This document shows, one piece after another, positions 21,148 to 31,231 of a DNA stretch of 64,000 nucleotides; position 1 is the first letter of the stretch, and each line of letters begins with the position of its first letter. A program made the position numbers and the translations under genes. Location of the stretch: positions 7,219 through 71,218 of the IMG/VR virus record IMGVR_UViG_3300045988_059494, one strand, 5' to 3'. The stretch is from a virus. The notes below the pieces were generated by a model, which was not told the origin of the DNA, did not search any database, and was given only the letters and a program-made list of their open reading frames with translations.

Positions 21148-21408
21148 TTACTCCTGTGCGTCAGGATCGAAAGCCATGCCCTTGTCGGTCAAGCGGAGAT
21201 ACTTAACCTTCTGATGGGAGCCATCGGCAAGCTCAACCTCAGCCGGCTCACGAACGCCAAGATCCTTGCGCTGTAGAGCAGATGTAAAGATGCCATCAAC
21301 CTGGCGCTTCTCAAGACCAAGAACCTCAGCGATGTCAGCCGCGGTCAGATCCTTGCCAGCATTGTCCTTCAGATAATCAAAAACCTTACGAGTGTTTTCC
21401 TTCATCAT
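21148..21408 (-). CDS. hypothetical protein (86 aa)
   Basis: ORF track. Confidence 0.3.
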   Translation of the reverse strand: MMKENTRKVFDYLKDNAGKDLTAADIAEVLGLEKRQVDGIFTSALQRKDLGVREPAEVELADGSHQKVKYLRLTDKGMAFDPDAQE

Positions 21409-21433
21409 AATAATTTTTCCTCTCTTAATACAT

Positions 21434-21634
21434 TTATTTATTTTTCGATGCTATCATTGCATCAATTTCCAGTAAAGCATTTATCCCGTCCGGTAGAGCC
21501 ATAATTTGATTAGTAAGAGATATGATTCTAGCTTCAGCACGAGATTTTGCTTCTTTCGAAGCATTTTCATCTTGGTGAATAAGTTCGCATTTGTAGATTT
21601 CGTCCGCAAACTTCTTCATCTGTTTTCGGGTCAT
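21434..21634 (-). CDS. hypothetical protein (66 aa)
   Basis: ORF track. Confidence 0.3.
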   Translation of the reverse strand: MTRKQMKKFADEIYKCELIHQDENASKEAKSRAEARIISLTNQIMALPDGINALLEIDAMIASKNK

Positions 21635-21705
21635 ATAATCTGTCCTTTAACTTTTCTATTGCTTCCTGATTACATTATATATTATATCAGAAAATATTTT
21701 TTAAG

Positions 21706-22854
21706 TCAACAAAAAATTTCTGATATTACGCAATCTTTCGCATCCTTATCATCTCTCTTACACTTGAAAACAGGATGCCGCAGAGTGTGTTCTTTCTTGT
21801 CAACTTGCATACAATCAAGAGCTACAACCGTACCAAGCCATAATTCGGGATGTTCAGTCATCTCTCTTTTATTGTCATCAGTTAATCCAGAGCTAACTGT
21901 ACCTAAGTCAATAAGTTCACCTTTATCATTGTATGCGCCAATTCTAATTGCGGTTTTCCAGCCAAGAAAATAAGGTTTGGTTACTGGTCTATAAATATGA
22001 GGATTATGAACATAATCTTCATAATACTGACCTTCGCTTAATAGCCAAGTATATTCATCATCTTGGTTTTGCTCACCGCGCTCTTCCCAATAAGGCCAGG
22101 TTTCTAGCTCCTTACCAGTATATTCTTTAGTAGCATCGCAAAAACCCGTACAAATTAGGTCAATAGAATCCATCTGTTTAACTTTAATAGTAGACCAAGC
22201 GGGTCTTTTACCAGGACTATATGGATAGTCTTTCTTCTTTAAGACTACGCCCTCACCGCCAGATTTTAAGATACGAGAGATTTCAGCTTCCATATCTTCG
22301 TCAACACGAGTAGCAAGTCTCAAGAAACTATACTGGTTGAGATTATGTTTCTTCCAGATTGCTGCAAGAATTTTATAGCGCAAATCCGCAGGTGAGTTAA
22401 TAAGGTTGACACTATCATATGCAATAATGTCATGCACATAGTAATGAATTGGAGCGTCTTTCTGTCTCTTGATAGCAAGAGTTGGAAGACAACCCATAAT
22501 ACTTACAGTATCTTTCGATGTACCACCGGGAACATAAATTTCTCCAATGAGAATTGTTCCCGCGGGAAGGCAGTTCAATGCTTCTTTTAGGTGAGGTACA
22601 TTGTCACTTTTTTCTGTAAGAATACCAGATACTTTACTTACCGTGCGACCAAAAAGATAACAATGATTTTCGGTTTTTACAAACTGATAAAAGGCTCCGT
22701 CGATCTTCTCTTCAAGAAAATATTCTCCATTAGAGCATACTTCAGAAAGCATAGATTCCTTGCCTGCTGGGAGCTTCCAAATAAGCATCGGCTCAATCAT
22801 TAGCTCCTCTGCTTCGGGATACAACTCATGTATCTTTTCTTTATCAAAACTCAT
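21706..22854 (-). CDS. ATP-dependent DNA ligase
   Basis: KxDG adenylation motif (EEKIDGAFYQ), 382 aa. Confidence 0.8.
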   Translation of the reverse strand: MSFDKEKIHELYPEAEELMIEPMLIWKLPAGKESMLSEVCSNGEYFLEEKIDGAFYQFVKTENHCYLFGRTVSKVSGILTEKSDNVPHLKEALNCLPAGTILIGEIYVPGGTSKDTVSIMGCLPTLAIKRQKDAPIHYYVHDIIAYDSVNLINSPADLRYKILAAIWKKHNLNQYSFLRLATRVDEDMEAEISRILKSGGEGVVLKKKDYPYSPGKRPAWSTIKVKQMDSIDLICTGFCDATKEYTGKELETWPYWEERGEQNQDDEYTWLLSEGQYYEDYVHNPHIYRPVTKPYFLGWKTAIRIGAYNDKGELIDLGTVSSGLTDDNKREMTEHPELWLGTVVALDCMQVDKKEHTLRHPVFKCKRDDKDAKDCVISEIFC

Positions 22855-22947
22855 TTATTGTTATTACCCTTTCTTTTATATAAATATAATATAATAATTA
22901 AAAAGAAAAGTCAATAAAAGAAAGAATGGCGTAGCCATTCTTTCTTA

Positions 22948-25311
22948 TTATACTTGCGTAATAGAGATAGTCTGATCGTTATTCTTCAGCATGATATTAC
23001 CCATAGAAGCTCTTCCAAGAGTGGGAATATCCTTACCACTGATAACAATAGAAGATTTATTGCCATTGATGAGGAGATTATCAGTTTCCTTAATAATCTC
23101 CGCACCCGCAATTTCTTCCTTATAGCACATCAGACCCTTACCTCCACGATTCTGGAGTGTAAGTTCATCAATCTTAATTTTCTTGCCTAAGCCATTCTTA
23201 GAAACAATAGCAAGATAGTCTGCGGGATCTGTGATCGGTAAAGCCGCAATTACACTATCTCCATCATTTAGTTTCATGCCCTTTACACCTTGCGCTGTGC
23301 GAGAAGAAATGGGCATTTCCGCAGTTCCAAAGCGAATGGTCATACCATTTTTAGTTACAAGAATCATCTGCTCTTGATTAATAAATGTAACATCTACGAG
23401 TTCATCATCGCCCTTGAAGCTAATTGCAATAATGCCAGTACGCTTCATTTTATCGTACTCATTTAACGGAACCTTTTTAATAGTGCCGTTTTTGGTAGCA
23501 AAGAAAATAAATTTCTTATCTGTATCTCTTGTTAGAGTAGTAAATGCCATAGGTACTTCGCCATTCTCAAATTCAATTAAGCTAGAGATAGGCGCACCAT
23601 TAGACGCATTAGTACCCTCTGGAATATTGTCTACCAGTATACGATACATCTTACCCTTAGACGAGAATACCATTAAAGTATCCTGAGTATTAGTTCTCTG
23701 CGAAAAGACAATAATATCTCCAGTCTTAACGCCAACAGTATTGCGTTTCTGCGCTTTAAAACTCTTAGCATCAATTCTCTTGATAGTGTTCTTTTTAGAA
23801 ACTACTACAACGCAGTCCTTTGGTTCGACTACTACCATCTCTTTTTCCTGCTTAGGAATATCGACATTGAGAAGTTTAGTTCTACGAGCGTCACCATAAG
23901 TATCTCTTAACTTAGAGATTTTCTCGATAAGAACTTGGTTGCGGATTTCCTTATTAGTTAAAAGGTTGACGCACTCCTCGATAAAAGCTCTCTTTTCTTT
24001 CAACTCATTTACAAGTTCTTCCTTGTCAATGCGTGTTAATTTGCCGAGCTTCATATCAAGAATTGCATTTGCCTGCACTTCATCAACGGTAAGAAATTCC
24101 ATCAACTTAGTGCGGGCGTCTGCGCGACCAGCAGATTGCTTGATAAGCGCGATTACGTCGTCAATTTTATCAACTGCCGCAATTAGACCTTCCAAGATAT
24201 GTGCTCTTGCTTCTGCTTTTTCTTTATCAAAGGTTGTCGCATTGATTAACACATTTTCCTGATGGTCTACATAAGCTCGCAGCAGATCCACCATAGAACA
24301 TAACTTAGGTGTACCATTGACAATATAGTTCATATTATAAGATAGTGTAGACTGCAAATCAGTCAGCAGAAACAGCTTGTTCAAGGCTTTAGATACAGAA
24401 ACACCATCTTTAATATGAAACACCAGTCTATTCTGACCGATATTAGACTCATCATCAAAATCGTCAATCATCTCGCTCAGAACATCAATATTCTTTTCGA
24501 TCTGCTCTTTAATCTTGTTACGATAAGTTCGATAAGGGATGCTTGTAAAAATGATGTCTTGCCCATCAATCTCGTAATCACCTTGAATTTTAAGTGATAC
24601 ATTAGACTTGCCAGATGCAAAAGCAGTCCGCACATCCTTAATATTAAGAACCGTGCCGCCGAGAGGGAAATCTGGACCGGGAATATAAGACAATACTTCA
24701 TCAATAGAAAGATTGCCCTTTTCAATTAGCGCAATCGCAGCGTTACATACCTCAGTAAGATTGTGCGGCGCGGAATTATGTGCCATTGAAATACCAATAG
24801 CTTGACGGCCATTGCAGATAGCATTAGGGAACAATGACGGGAGAATAACTGGCTCCTGGAACTCACCATTATAAGTTTCTTTTGTTGGAACAACTTTCTT
24901 AGCAAAGTCATTCATCATTAGATCAGTAAACTTAGATGGCTTAGCTTCAGTATAACGAGAAGACGAAAACATATCATTGCTCTCTTGCGTACCCAACTGT
25001 CCCTGTCCTGTAACAAGAGGATAGCGCATAAGAAATTCCTGCGCCATCTTACGAAGAACGCCATAACAAGCAATATCGCCATGGAAATAAGAGGTTGCAA
25101 GCGTAGAGCCAATGATAGCATTACACTTCTTTGTTTTACTCTTGCTATCCATTTTTAAGTAATCTTCCATAGTCCACAGGATTTTTCGTTGAGCGCTAAG
25201 GAGTCCATCCTCTGCGGCAGGGATGGCTCGATCAGTCAAGACTTCTTCTGCATATGTCAAGAAATTATCTTTCGCTTCATCAAGAATATCAACTTCAGTA
25301 ATCAAACTCAT
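22948..25311 (-). CDS. type II DNA topoisomerase, GyrA/gp52-like breakage-reunion subunit
   Basis: 787 aa; QRKILWTM, active-site Tyr region; follows the GyrB-like subunit. Confidence 0.85.
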   Translation of the reverse strand: MSLITEVDILDEAKDNFLTYAEEVLTDRAIPAAEDGLLSAQRKILWTMEDYLKMDSKSKTKKCNAIIGSTLATSYFHGDIACYGVLRKMAQEFLMRYPLVTGQGQLGTQESNDMFSSSRYTEAKPSKFTDLMMNDFAKKVVPTKETYNGEFQEPVILPSLFPNAICNGRQAIGISMAHNSAPHNLTEVCNAAIALIEKGNLSIDEVLSYIPGPDFPLGGTVLNIKDVRTAFASGKSNVSLKIQGDYEIDGQDIIFTSIPYRTYRNKIKEQIEKNIDVLSEMIDDFDDESNIGQNRLVFHIKDGVSVSKALNKLFLLTDLQSTLSYNMNYIVNGTPKLCSMVDLLRAYVDHQENVLINATTFDKEKAEARAHILEGLIAAVDKIDDVIALIKQSAGRADARTKLMEFLTVDEVQANAILDMKLGKLTRIDKEELVNELKEKRAFIEECVNLLTNKEIRNQVLIEKISKLRDTYGDARRTKLLNVDIPKQEKEMVVVEPKDCVVVVSKKNTIKRIDAKSFKAQKRNTVGVKTGDIIVFSQRTNTQDTLMVFSSKGKMYRILVDNIPEGTNASNGAPISSLIEFENGEVPMAFTTLTRDTDKKFIFFATKNGTIKKVPLNEYDKMKRTGIIAISFKGDDELVDVTFINQEQMILVTKNGMTIRFGTAEMPISSRTAQGVKGMKLNDGDSVIAALPITDPADYLAIVSKNGLGKKIKIDELTLQNRGGKGLMCYKEEIAGAEIIKETDNLLINGNKSSIVISGKDIPTLGRASMGNIMLKNNDQTISITQV

Positions 25312-25325
25312 AAAATCACTCCTTA

Positions 25326-27224
25326 TTACTCAAAATTGAAACCTAATTCATTAGCATTATCATAGATATACTGCTTGCGAGGTTCCACTGCACTACCCAT
25401 GAGAATATTTAATAGTTCCGTGGTTTTCTCTGCATCAGAGATAGAAATACGTTTATATCTCTCATTCATAAAACATACTTTCTGCAAGTCCTCAGGATTT
25501 AACTCACCAAGACCCTTCGCGCGAAGTAGGTCGTATGAACCGGTATGAGTATTCTTCCATTCGGTCAGTTCATCTTCTGTGTAACAGTAATACTCATTTC
25601 CCTTATGACGAATAATATACAATGGAGTTACAGCTCTGTATAGCTTACCGGCTTCCACAAGAGGACGCATATAAGTATAGAAGAAAGTAATCAGCAGCAA
25701 CTCAATGTCTGCGCCATCACTATCTGCATCAGAAGTAATAACAACCTTGTCGAAATTCATCTTGTTAACATCAAAAGAAGAACCAAATCCAGCACCAATT
25801 ACGCGCACAATGTCAGACATCTCTTGGTTGGCAAGAATTTTTTCTACCGCAGTTTTAAGCGGAGATACGATTTTACCACGCAACATATAGATGCAATCTG
25901 TCTTCGGATTGCGGGCTTCTACTGCGGAGGCGCCTGCAGACAAACCCTCTACTACCAGAAGATTGCGGTTTTTGGGATTCTTATTCGTGCAATCAATAAA
26001 CTTATTACTGATTTGCATTTTTGCCTTTAAACCGGTTTCTTTCTTACCCTTTACACCACGAGCAGCATCACGCGCTTTACGTGCTGCTTCTCTAGCCTTA
26101 CGCGCATTAAGAGCCTTATCCGCGATCTTCTTGACATCTTTTTCATTCGCTGCGAGCCAATACTGAAGCTCTTCAGCGATTGCCGAGGTAAATGGCTTCA
26201 TGTCAAGTTTAACTACTCTACTCTTGGTCTGCGCATCATATGCTACACCCGGCGCAGTTACGTTGAATGCGATATATACGCCTTCTTGACAATCTTCACC
26301 CGTGAGATTTTCGTCCTTGTCTTTCAGCCAACCTTTCTCACGGAAGAACTTATTCATTTCTCTAGTGAGAATAGTCTTTACCTGCGTAATATGCGGACCT
26401 GAATCTGTAAGACCAGTATTTACATACGGAACAATGGTTGCGGAATAAGAATTTGTGTAGGTCAGAACTAAATCCAGCTTGTTCTTGTTATCAGAAAAGT
26501 TGAAGTTCAGACGGTTTTTCAAAATCTCCTTGCCCTGTACTGCCTCGTCCACAAGATCCATTAGACCATTCTTAGAAGAGAAAATTACCTGCGGCTTACC
26601 TTCTACATTTAGCTCGATAGTAAGACCAGGACACAAGCACGCAATTACCTTAAACAAATTGAGAATGGTATTCATATCTACTTCTGGATGAGTGAAGAAC
26701 TCTTCACTTGGCTGCCACTGAACAAGAGTACCAGAAGGATAATTCTTATTATCCCATGCACCACATTCACGCTTCTCAAAGACGCCTTCCTTGAACCAGA
26801 TATGTTCATACTTACCATCTCTATGACTGATTACTTCGAGCCAATGAGAAAGATAAGTGGTCAGCTTACTGCCGATACCGTTCAAGCCAAGAGCTGTACC
26901 TTCATAAACGCCATCATCAGAATACTTACCAGAAGTATTGAGTACGCTAAAAGATGCTTCAAGAACGGTCTTTCCATCGTCTCGCTTGGCATTAGGAATA
27001 AAACCCTGACCATTATCTTCCACGATAATAGTATTATCTTTCTTAATAGTCACGTTAATTTTATTACCATGCCCAGCTTTAAATTCGTCAACTGCGTTAG
27101 ATACAATCTCAATCAACAGCTGAGTAGAGTACTCAGTACTGCCGACGTAAACACCTGGCCGCAGTCTTGTAAATTCAAGAGGCGAGAGTGACTCAATTGA
27201 CTTCTCATCATATAGTTTTCCCAT
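25326..27224 (-). CDS. type II DNA topoisomerase, GyrB/gp39-like ATPase-TOPRIM subunit
   Basis: GHKL ATPase motifs (EIVSNAVDE, DNGQGF), TOPRIM (LLVVEGLSAG); 632 aa. Confidence 0.85.
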   Translation of the reverse strand: MGKLYDEKSIESLSPLEFTRLRPGVYVGSTEYSTQLLIEIVSNAVDEFKAGHGNKINVTIKKDNTIIVEDNGQGFIPNAKRDDGKTVLEASFSVLNTSGKYSDDGVYEGTALGLNGIGSKLTTYLSHWLEVISHRDGKYEHIWFKEGVFEKRECGAWDNKNYPSGTLVQWQPSEEFFTHPEVDMNTILNLFKVIACLCPGLTIELNVEGKPQVIFSSKNGLMDLVDEAVQGKEILKNRLNFNFSDNKNKLDLVLTYTNSYSATIVPYVNTGLTDSGPHITQVKTILTREMNKFFREKGWLKDKDENLTGEDCQEGVYIAFNVTAPGVAYDAQTKSRVVKLDMKPFTSAIAEELQYWLAANEKDVKKIADKALNARKAREAARKARDAARGVKGKKETGLKAKMQISNKFIDCTNKNPKNRNLLVVEGLSAGASAVEARNPKTDCIYMLRGKIVSPLKTAVEKILANQEMSDIVRVIGAGFGSSFDVNKMNFDKVVITSDADSDGADIELLLITFFYTYMRPLVEAGKLYRAVTPLYIIRHKGNEYYCYTEDELTEWKNTHTGSYDLLRAKGLGELNPEDLQKVCFMNERYKRISISDAEKTTELLNILMGSAVEPRKQYIYDNANELGFNFE

Positions 27225-27226
27225 CT

Positions 27227-27730
27227 TTAACCTCCATACATATCTAATACTTGCTGTTCAGTAATTTTGCCCGTGGCTAATTGATCAGCAAGCTCATTAA
27301 ATAGTGTTCCATTATGTCCTTTTACATATCGTAAATCTATTTTTAATCCTTCTTTTGATGTAAGTCTATCATATTCAAGAATTAAATCCTTGTTTTCTAA
27401 CGGCTTGTTGCCGGCGCGAACCCAGCCATTTGCCTCCCAGTTCTTAATCCAATTAGTGAAACTGTTCACGCAATACATAGAGTCGCTATAAACAACAGGA
27501 ACAAAGAAATCACCATCTTTAGCTCCATAGTTATTGATAGCCCACAAGATAGCGGACATTTCCATTCTATTGTTTGTAGTGCCTTCAGCTCGTTCTGAGT
27601 ATGCGGCAATTACCTTATAAGTTTCTGGATCCTGATACGGCTCGGCTTCACAAACTACAACACCGAAACCACCTTTAGCGTTTTTATCGCCGTTCTTCAA
27701 GGTCGAACCATCTGTATAAATCACAATCAT
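27227..27730 (-). CDS. ribonuclease H
   Basis: MIVIYTDGSTLKNGDKNAKGGFGVV RNase H start; likely start at the internal ATG (track ORF begins upstream inside the promoter block). Confidence 0.7.
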   Translation of the reverse strand: MIVIYTDGSTLKNGDKNAKGGFGVVVCEAEPYQDPETYKVIAAYSERAEGTTNNRMEMSAILWAINNYGAKDGDFFVPVVYSDSMYCVNSFTNWIKNWEANGWVRAGNKPLENKDLILEYDRLTSKEGLKIDLRYVKGHNGTLFNELADQLATGKITEQQVLDMYGG

Positions 27731-27830
27731 AGCGAATACCTCAAATACTTCATTTATTTTTAAGTTCTCCTTTTCCTTTTCTGTATATATAATATCATAT
27801 TTTTTATAAAAAATCAAATTAAAAACAAAT

Positions 27831-27864
27831 AAAAGCTCGATAGACGAAAGTCTATCGAGCTTTT
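27831..27864. terminator. hairpin terminator
   Basis: AAAAGCTCGATAGAC...GTCTATCGAGCTTTT. Confidence 0.55.
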
Positions 27865-27910
27865 ATTATTAGATCGTTGAATCTTCATCAGAAGGGTATG
27901 TCATCTACTA

Positions 27911-28120
27911 CTATGCATTATACATAGCTAGATCGTAGGTAATCCCACCCTTTTTATGATCTGACTTACTCATATTAAGATAGAATGAGCAAACTATCCC
28001 ATGAGCTGACCAAGGTAAACCAACCAACGCACTAATCCAAGGTAAAGACCCCAGATATCCTAAGTGCACGCAATAAAACGCTAACAAAATACCAGAAAGA
28101 GTTACGACCCATAATAGCAA
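27911..28120 (-). CDS. putative holin (two TM segments); ends with TAG TAG TAG
   Basis: Hydrophobic 69 aa ORF immediately downstream of the amidase gene; TTG start per track, start uncertain. If TAG is sense it gains a 15-residue charged tail ending at TAA (~27871). Confidence 0.4.
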   Translation of the reverse strand: MLLWVVTLSGILLAFYCVHLGYLGSLPWISALVGLPWSAHGIVCSFYLNMSKSDHKKGGITYDLAMYNA

Positions 28121-28193
28121 GCGAATATCGCAAATTAACTATTTAGAAAACTCTTTCTTAGATTTTTGTCTATGCTTTTTTTGCTAAGTTGAT

Positions 28194-28937
28194 TTAGTTT
28201 TGCTTTTCAGCATAGCGCTTCAATACAGTAACGAATTCGCCGCGAGTCAGGAAGCTTTTTGGCATCAATTGACCCTTTTCGTTACCTTTAATTAGACCTT
28301 GCTCCTGTGCCCATTTCATTGCCTCTTGTTCCCAAGTCATAGGCTTTAGATCTCTTTGCGCAAGGTAAGTATCCATCATTTTATTAAATTGATCCTGTGT
28401 CACAATTTCTTCCTCCTTTTTAATTGGTGCAGTTGCGGTCAGACGCTTTTTGAAATCAATCCACTTGCTTTCATCGCGTACCCAAGGTTCTGGACAACGC
28501 TTACCAGTTACGTCATAATGTCTAATGACATGGTCTGCCGCAATATTATACTTCTTCATTAACATCTTTACTAGTTCAACTGTACGATTTACTGTTGCTT
28601 CGGTAATGACATATTTACCATTTACAATATCGCTGCACATCTCGACGCCAATAGAATTTCGGTTTGTACAGATATTTCGATATGGGTGATGTGAAGACTC
28701 TAAAGAGCCGCCACAATGCCAAGCACCATCTGAATCCTTTACAGATTGAACTACGCTATTTTCATCTACAAAGTAGTGTGCGGAAGCCTGACGATTAGCT
28801 CCAGAGAAATAGTTGCCATTACCAGCTGCTGTATCTCCGTTATTCGCAGTATAGTGGACTACAATATATAGAATAGAGTTACCACTACGCCCACTATAAT
28901 AATTAGATGAATGAGCGGGAATAAATTTTATTTCCAT
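28194..28937 (-). CDS. N-acetylmuramoyl-L-alanine amidase (endolysin; amidase_2/PGRP fold plus C-terminal domain)
   Basis: YIVVHYTANNG...AHYFVD...VGVEMCSD signature; 247 aa. Confidence 0.8.
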   Translation of the reverse strand: MEIKFIPAHSSNYYSGRSGNSILYIVVHYTANNGDTAAGNGNYFSGANRQASAHYFVDENSVVQSVKDSDGAWHCGGSLESSHHPYRNICTNRNSIGVEMCSDIVNGKYVITEATVNRTVELVKMLMKKYNIAADHVIRHYDVTGKRCPEPWVRDESKWIDFKKRLTATAPIKKEEEIVTQDQFNKMMDTYLAQRDLKPMTWEQEAMKWAQEQGLIKGNEKGQLMPKSFLTRGEFVTVLKRYAEKQN

Positions 28938-29062
28938 TAATGGTTCACCTCCAATGTGAATTAAGTTATTTAGTTTTATCTTAGTAACAATTAATTAAAT
29001 CTTAGTTGTTGCTAAGGATATAATTAAAGCCAAGAGTTTTTTTCAAACTCTTGGCTTAACTA

Positions 29063-30433
29063 TTAAATTTTATCAGCAATCGCCGCAATCTTGCTTCGAT
29101 AGATATTCTTAAGAGTGACTTCACCATAACTGTCTTGTCCTCTAAAGATTTTAGAGACACGTTTCATACCGTTATTAGCTCCAGAAAAATGAATGTCATC
29201 TACCTGGGTTTTTTCGTCACCATCAATAATACAAATACAATCTTCGCCAACTCGCTGTAAAGCTAGTTTCATAAGTGTGCGATCTAGGTTTTGAGCTTCG
29301 GAAATATAGATACCTGCGCTCATTCCTGTTGTATCATATCCACGAATATCGGAAAATGGTAGAAGAATTAGCTTGCCGTCCGCGATCATTTTTTCAACAG
29401 CTTCTCTGCCTCCAAATTTACTACTTAGCAAATTACCGATCTGAGAATCTAGTAGTTTTTCATCTTTTGTTCCAGGATAATAACCCAATTTAGCAGAATT
29501 TGCTGTGGCAATAGTGTTACAAAATACGATAATTTTATCTAGCTCTCCGGCTTCTAATTTTGCCATTAAATAAGCAAGAGAAACATAAGTTTTTCCGCTA
29601 CCAGCAGGGCCTTTTACTAAAGTCAACTTATTATTTCGTAAACTATCAAATAACATTTTTTGATAGATGTCATCTTGATATGGGACAATCTTACCAAACC
29701 ATTTAGATTTAATGGGCTTTGAAACAAGATATTTGAATTCATCACCTGTCCAAACCCGCAGGTCTACAATCTTATTGTCTTTATCTTTAATAATGAGATA
29801 CTGTCCCGGCAGTAAACCAAAGTTATTATCTGCCTTTTGATAGAAGTCATTTAACTCATTATCATCTAAGACTACTTCTACATAACCTGTATAGTTATCA
29901 GCATCTTCATTCACGCTTTCTATCATTCCGTGACCAAGAAATTGATTTGCGATATGTTTAAGACTAAGATCGTTAGTCACGAATACAATATCTTCATTCT
30001 TATCTCTTGCGATTGCATCAGACAAGATTCTGGTGTCATCAGTAATATCAAATCCCTTTTTAAGAATGACCTTTTCGTAACAAATCTTATGCGGGACTAC
30101 TTCATATCTATCTGGATATTTCTCAAATAGATGTAACAAGAGACGAGCGGAATATTTTACATCAGCGTCTTTATTAGATGCTGTCTTAATTCTTTCAAGC
30201 TCTTTAAGTGTAATAGAGGATACTAAAAATGGCTTAGTATCTTGCTCAAACAACTCTTCTCCTCCCAACAATAGAGAGCAAGTATCATAAAAATAAGTGT
30301 CTGTTGGGAAGCGAAATTCATTATACATATTCATTGTCCTCTTCGGTTGTGGTAGTGAATCCGATTGTTCTAGTTTGAGTTTTCTACTCACTAAGTTCAC
30401 TAATGGTAACATTGTGTCGAACAATCCTTTCAT
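29063..30433 (-). CDS. PhoH-like ATPase with N-terminal PIN domain (YlaK-type)
   Basis: Walker A GPAGSGKTY, PhoH core; 456 aa. Confidence 0.7.
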   Translation of the reverse strand: MKGLFDTMLPLVNLVSRKLKLEQSDSLPQPKRTMNMYNEFRFPTDTYFYDTCSLLLGGEELFEQDTKPFLVSSITLKELERIKTASNKDADVKYSARLLLHLFEKYPDRYEVVPHKICYEKVILKKGFDITDDTRILSDAIARDKNEDIVFVTNDLSLKHIANQFLGHGMIESVNEDADNYTGYVEVVLDDNELNDFYQKADNNFGLLPGQYLIIKDKDNKIVDLRVWTGDEFKYLVSKPIKSKWFGKIVPYQDDIYQKMLFDSLRNNKLTLVKGPAGSGKTYVSLAYLMAKLEAGELDKIIVFCNTIATANSAKLGYYPGTKDEKLLDSQIGNLLSSKFGGREAVEKMIADGKLILLPFSDIRGYDTTGMSAGIYISEAQNLDRTLMKLALQRVGEDCICIIDGDEKTQVDDIHFSGANNGMKRVSKIFRGQDSYGEVTLKNIYRSKIAAIADKI

Positions 30434-30592
30434 TTATATTAGCTTTAACGAGTTCTGTTAGTGCGCTGATGATTTCAGTAACACTAGTTAATAAGGTGGT
30501 ACCCACAGTGATCAAAAGAACTCCCGTAAGATATATAATAATATTGTCAATAAAACCACCTCTTATTTATAATGATAAATAAAAAGGAATTT

Positions 30593-31102
30593 TTAATTAT
30601 CGTTGGCCTTACGTCTAAAACGCTTTACAGATTCAATCGCTTTATCTTGACCAATAATATATTTATTTAACATATCTTCCTCTTTATCAAGAGCTGATTT
30701 AATCGCGGAAAGGCGAGATTCAATACGCGCAATATTGTGGTGGAAGGCGTTAGAGGGGTCAACTTCCGCAGAAGTTTTAGCACCGAAACCTAATACCTCT
30801 TGATAGAATTGCTCGCGGGCATTGAGCTTATTTTCCTCTTTCTCATAAGAGTATTTAAGAGCTTGAATTCTTGCTTTTGATAGGGCGATGTTGTAGCCTA
30901 CTTTTTTAGAATAAAAACCTTCATCTTGCTTGCTTAAAATAGCTGTACCATAAAAATTTTTTCCATTATAATTGATTATTACAAAAGTTATGCCTTGTTC
31001 TTCGCAATATTCTTTTACAACTACAGGAGCTTTATATATAGATTTAATTAGTTTCATTATTTGATTCTCCTTATCTATCTCTTTATCTATATAATAGCAC
31101 AT
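30593..31102 (-). CDS. hypothetical protein; N-terminal domain paralogous to 55243..55575
   Basis: Shared pattern V..V....G.A.........F....G..IAL.KA between the two ORFs. Confidence 0.3.
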   Translation of the reverse strand: MCYYIDKEIDKENQIMKLIKSIYKAPVVVKEYCEEQGITFVIINYNGKNFYGTAILSKQDEGFYSKKVGYNIALSKARIQALKYSYEKEENKLNAREQFYQEVLGFGAKTSAEVDPSNAFHHNIARIESRLSAIKSALDKEEDMLNKYIIGQDKAIESVKRFRRKANDN

Positions 31103-31196
31103 TTTTATAGATAAATCAAATTTGGCCTAATTACTAAAAAAAATTGCTGGGCCTATGCGCACGGAAACTCGGAGCCTGACGACGCTGGCGATAAAA

Positions 31197-31226
31197 AAAG
31201 AACCTCGTCTATATAGACGAGGTTCT
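31197..31226. terminator. hairpin terminator
   Basis: AAGAACCTCGTCTATATAGACGAGGTTCTT palindrome. Confidence 0.55.
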
Positions 31227-31231
31227 TAAAA

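Noticed and set aside
28121-28215. Upstream extension of the holin frame through a TAG to an ATG overlapping the amidase 3' end
   Set aside because: It would overlap the amidase gene by ~20 nt in another frame with no RBS; too speculative.
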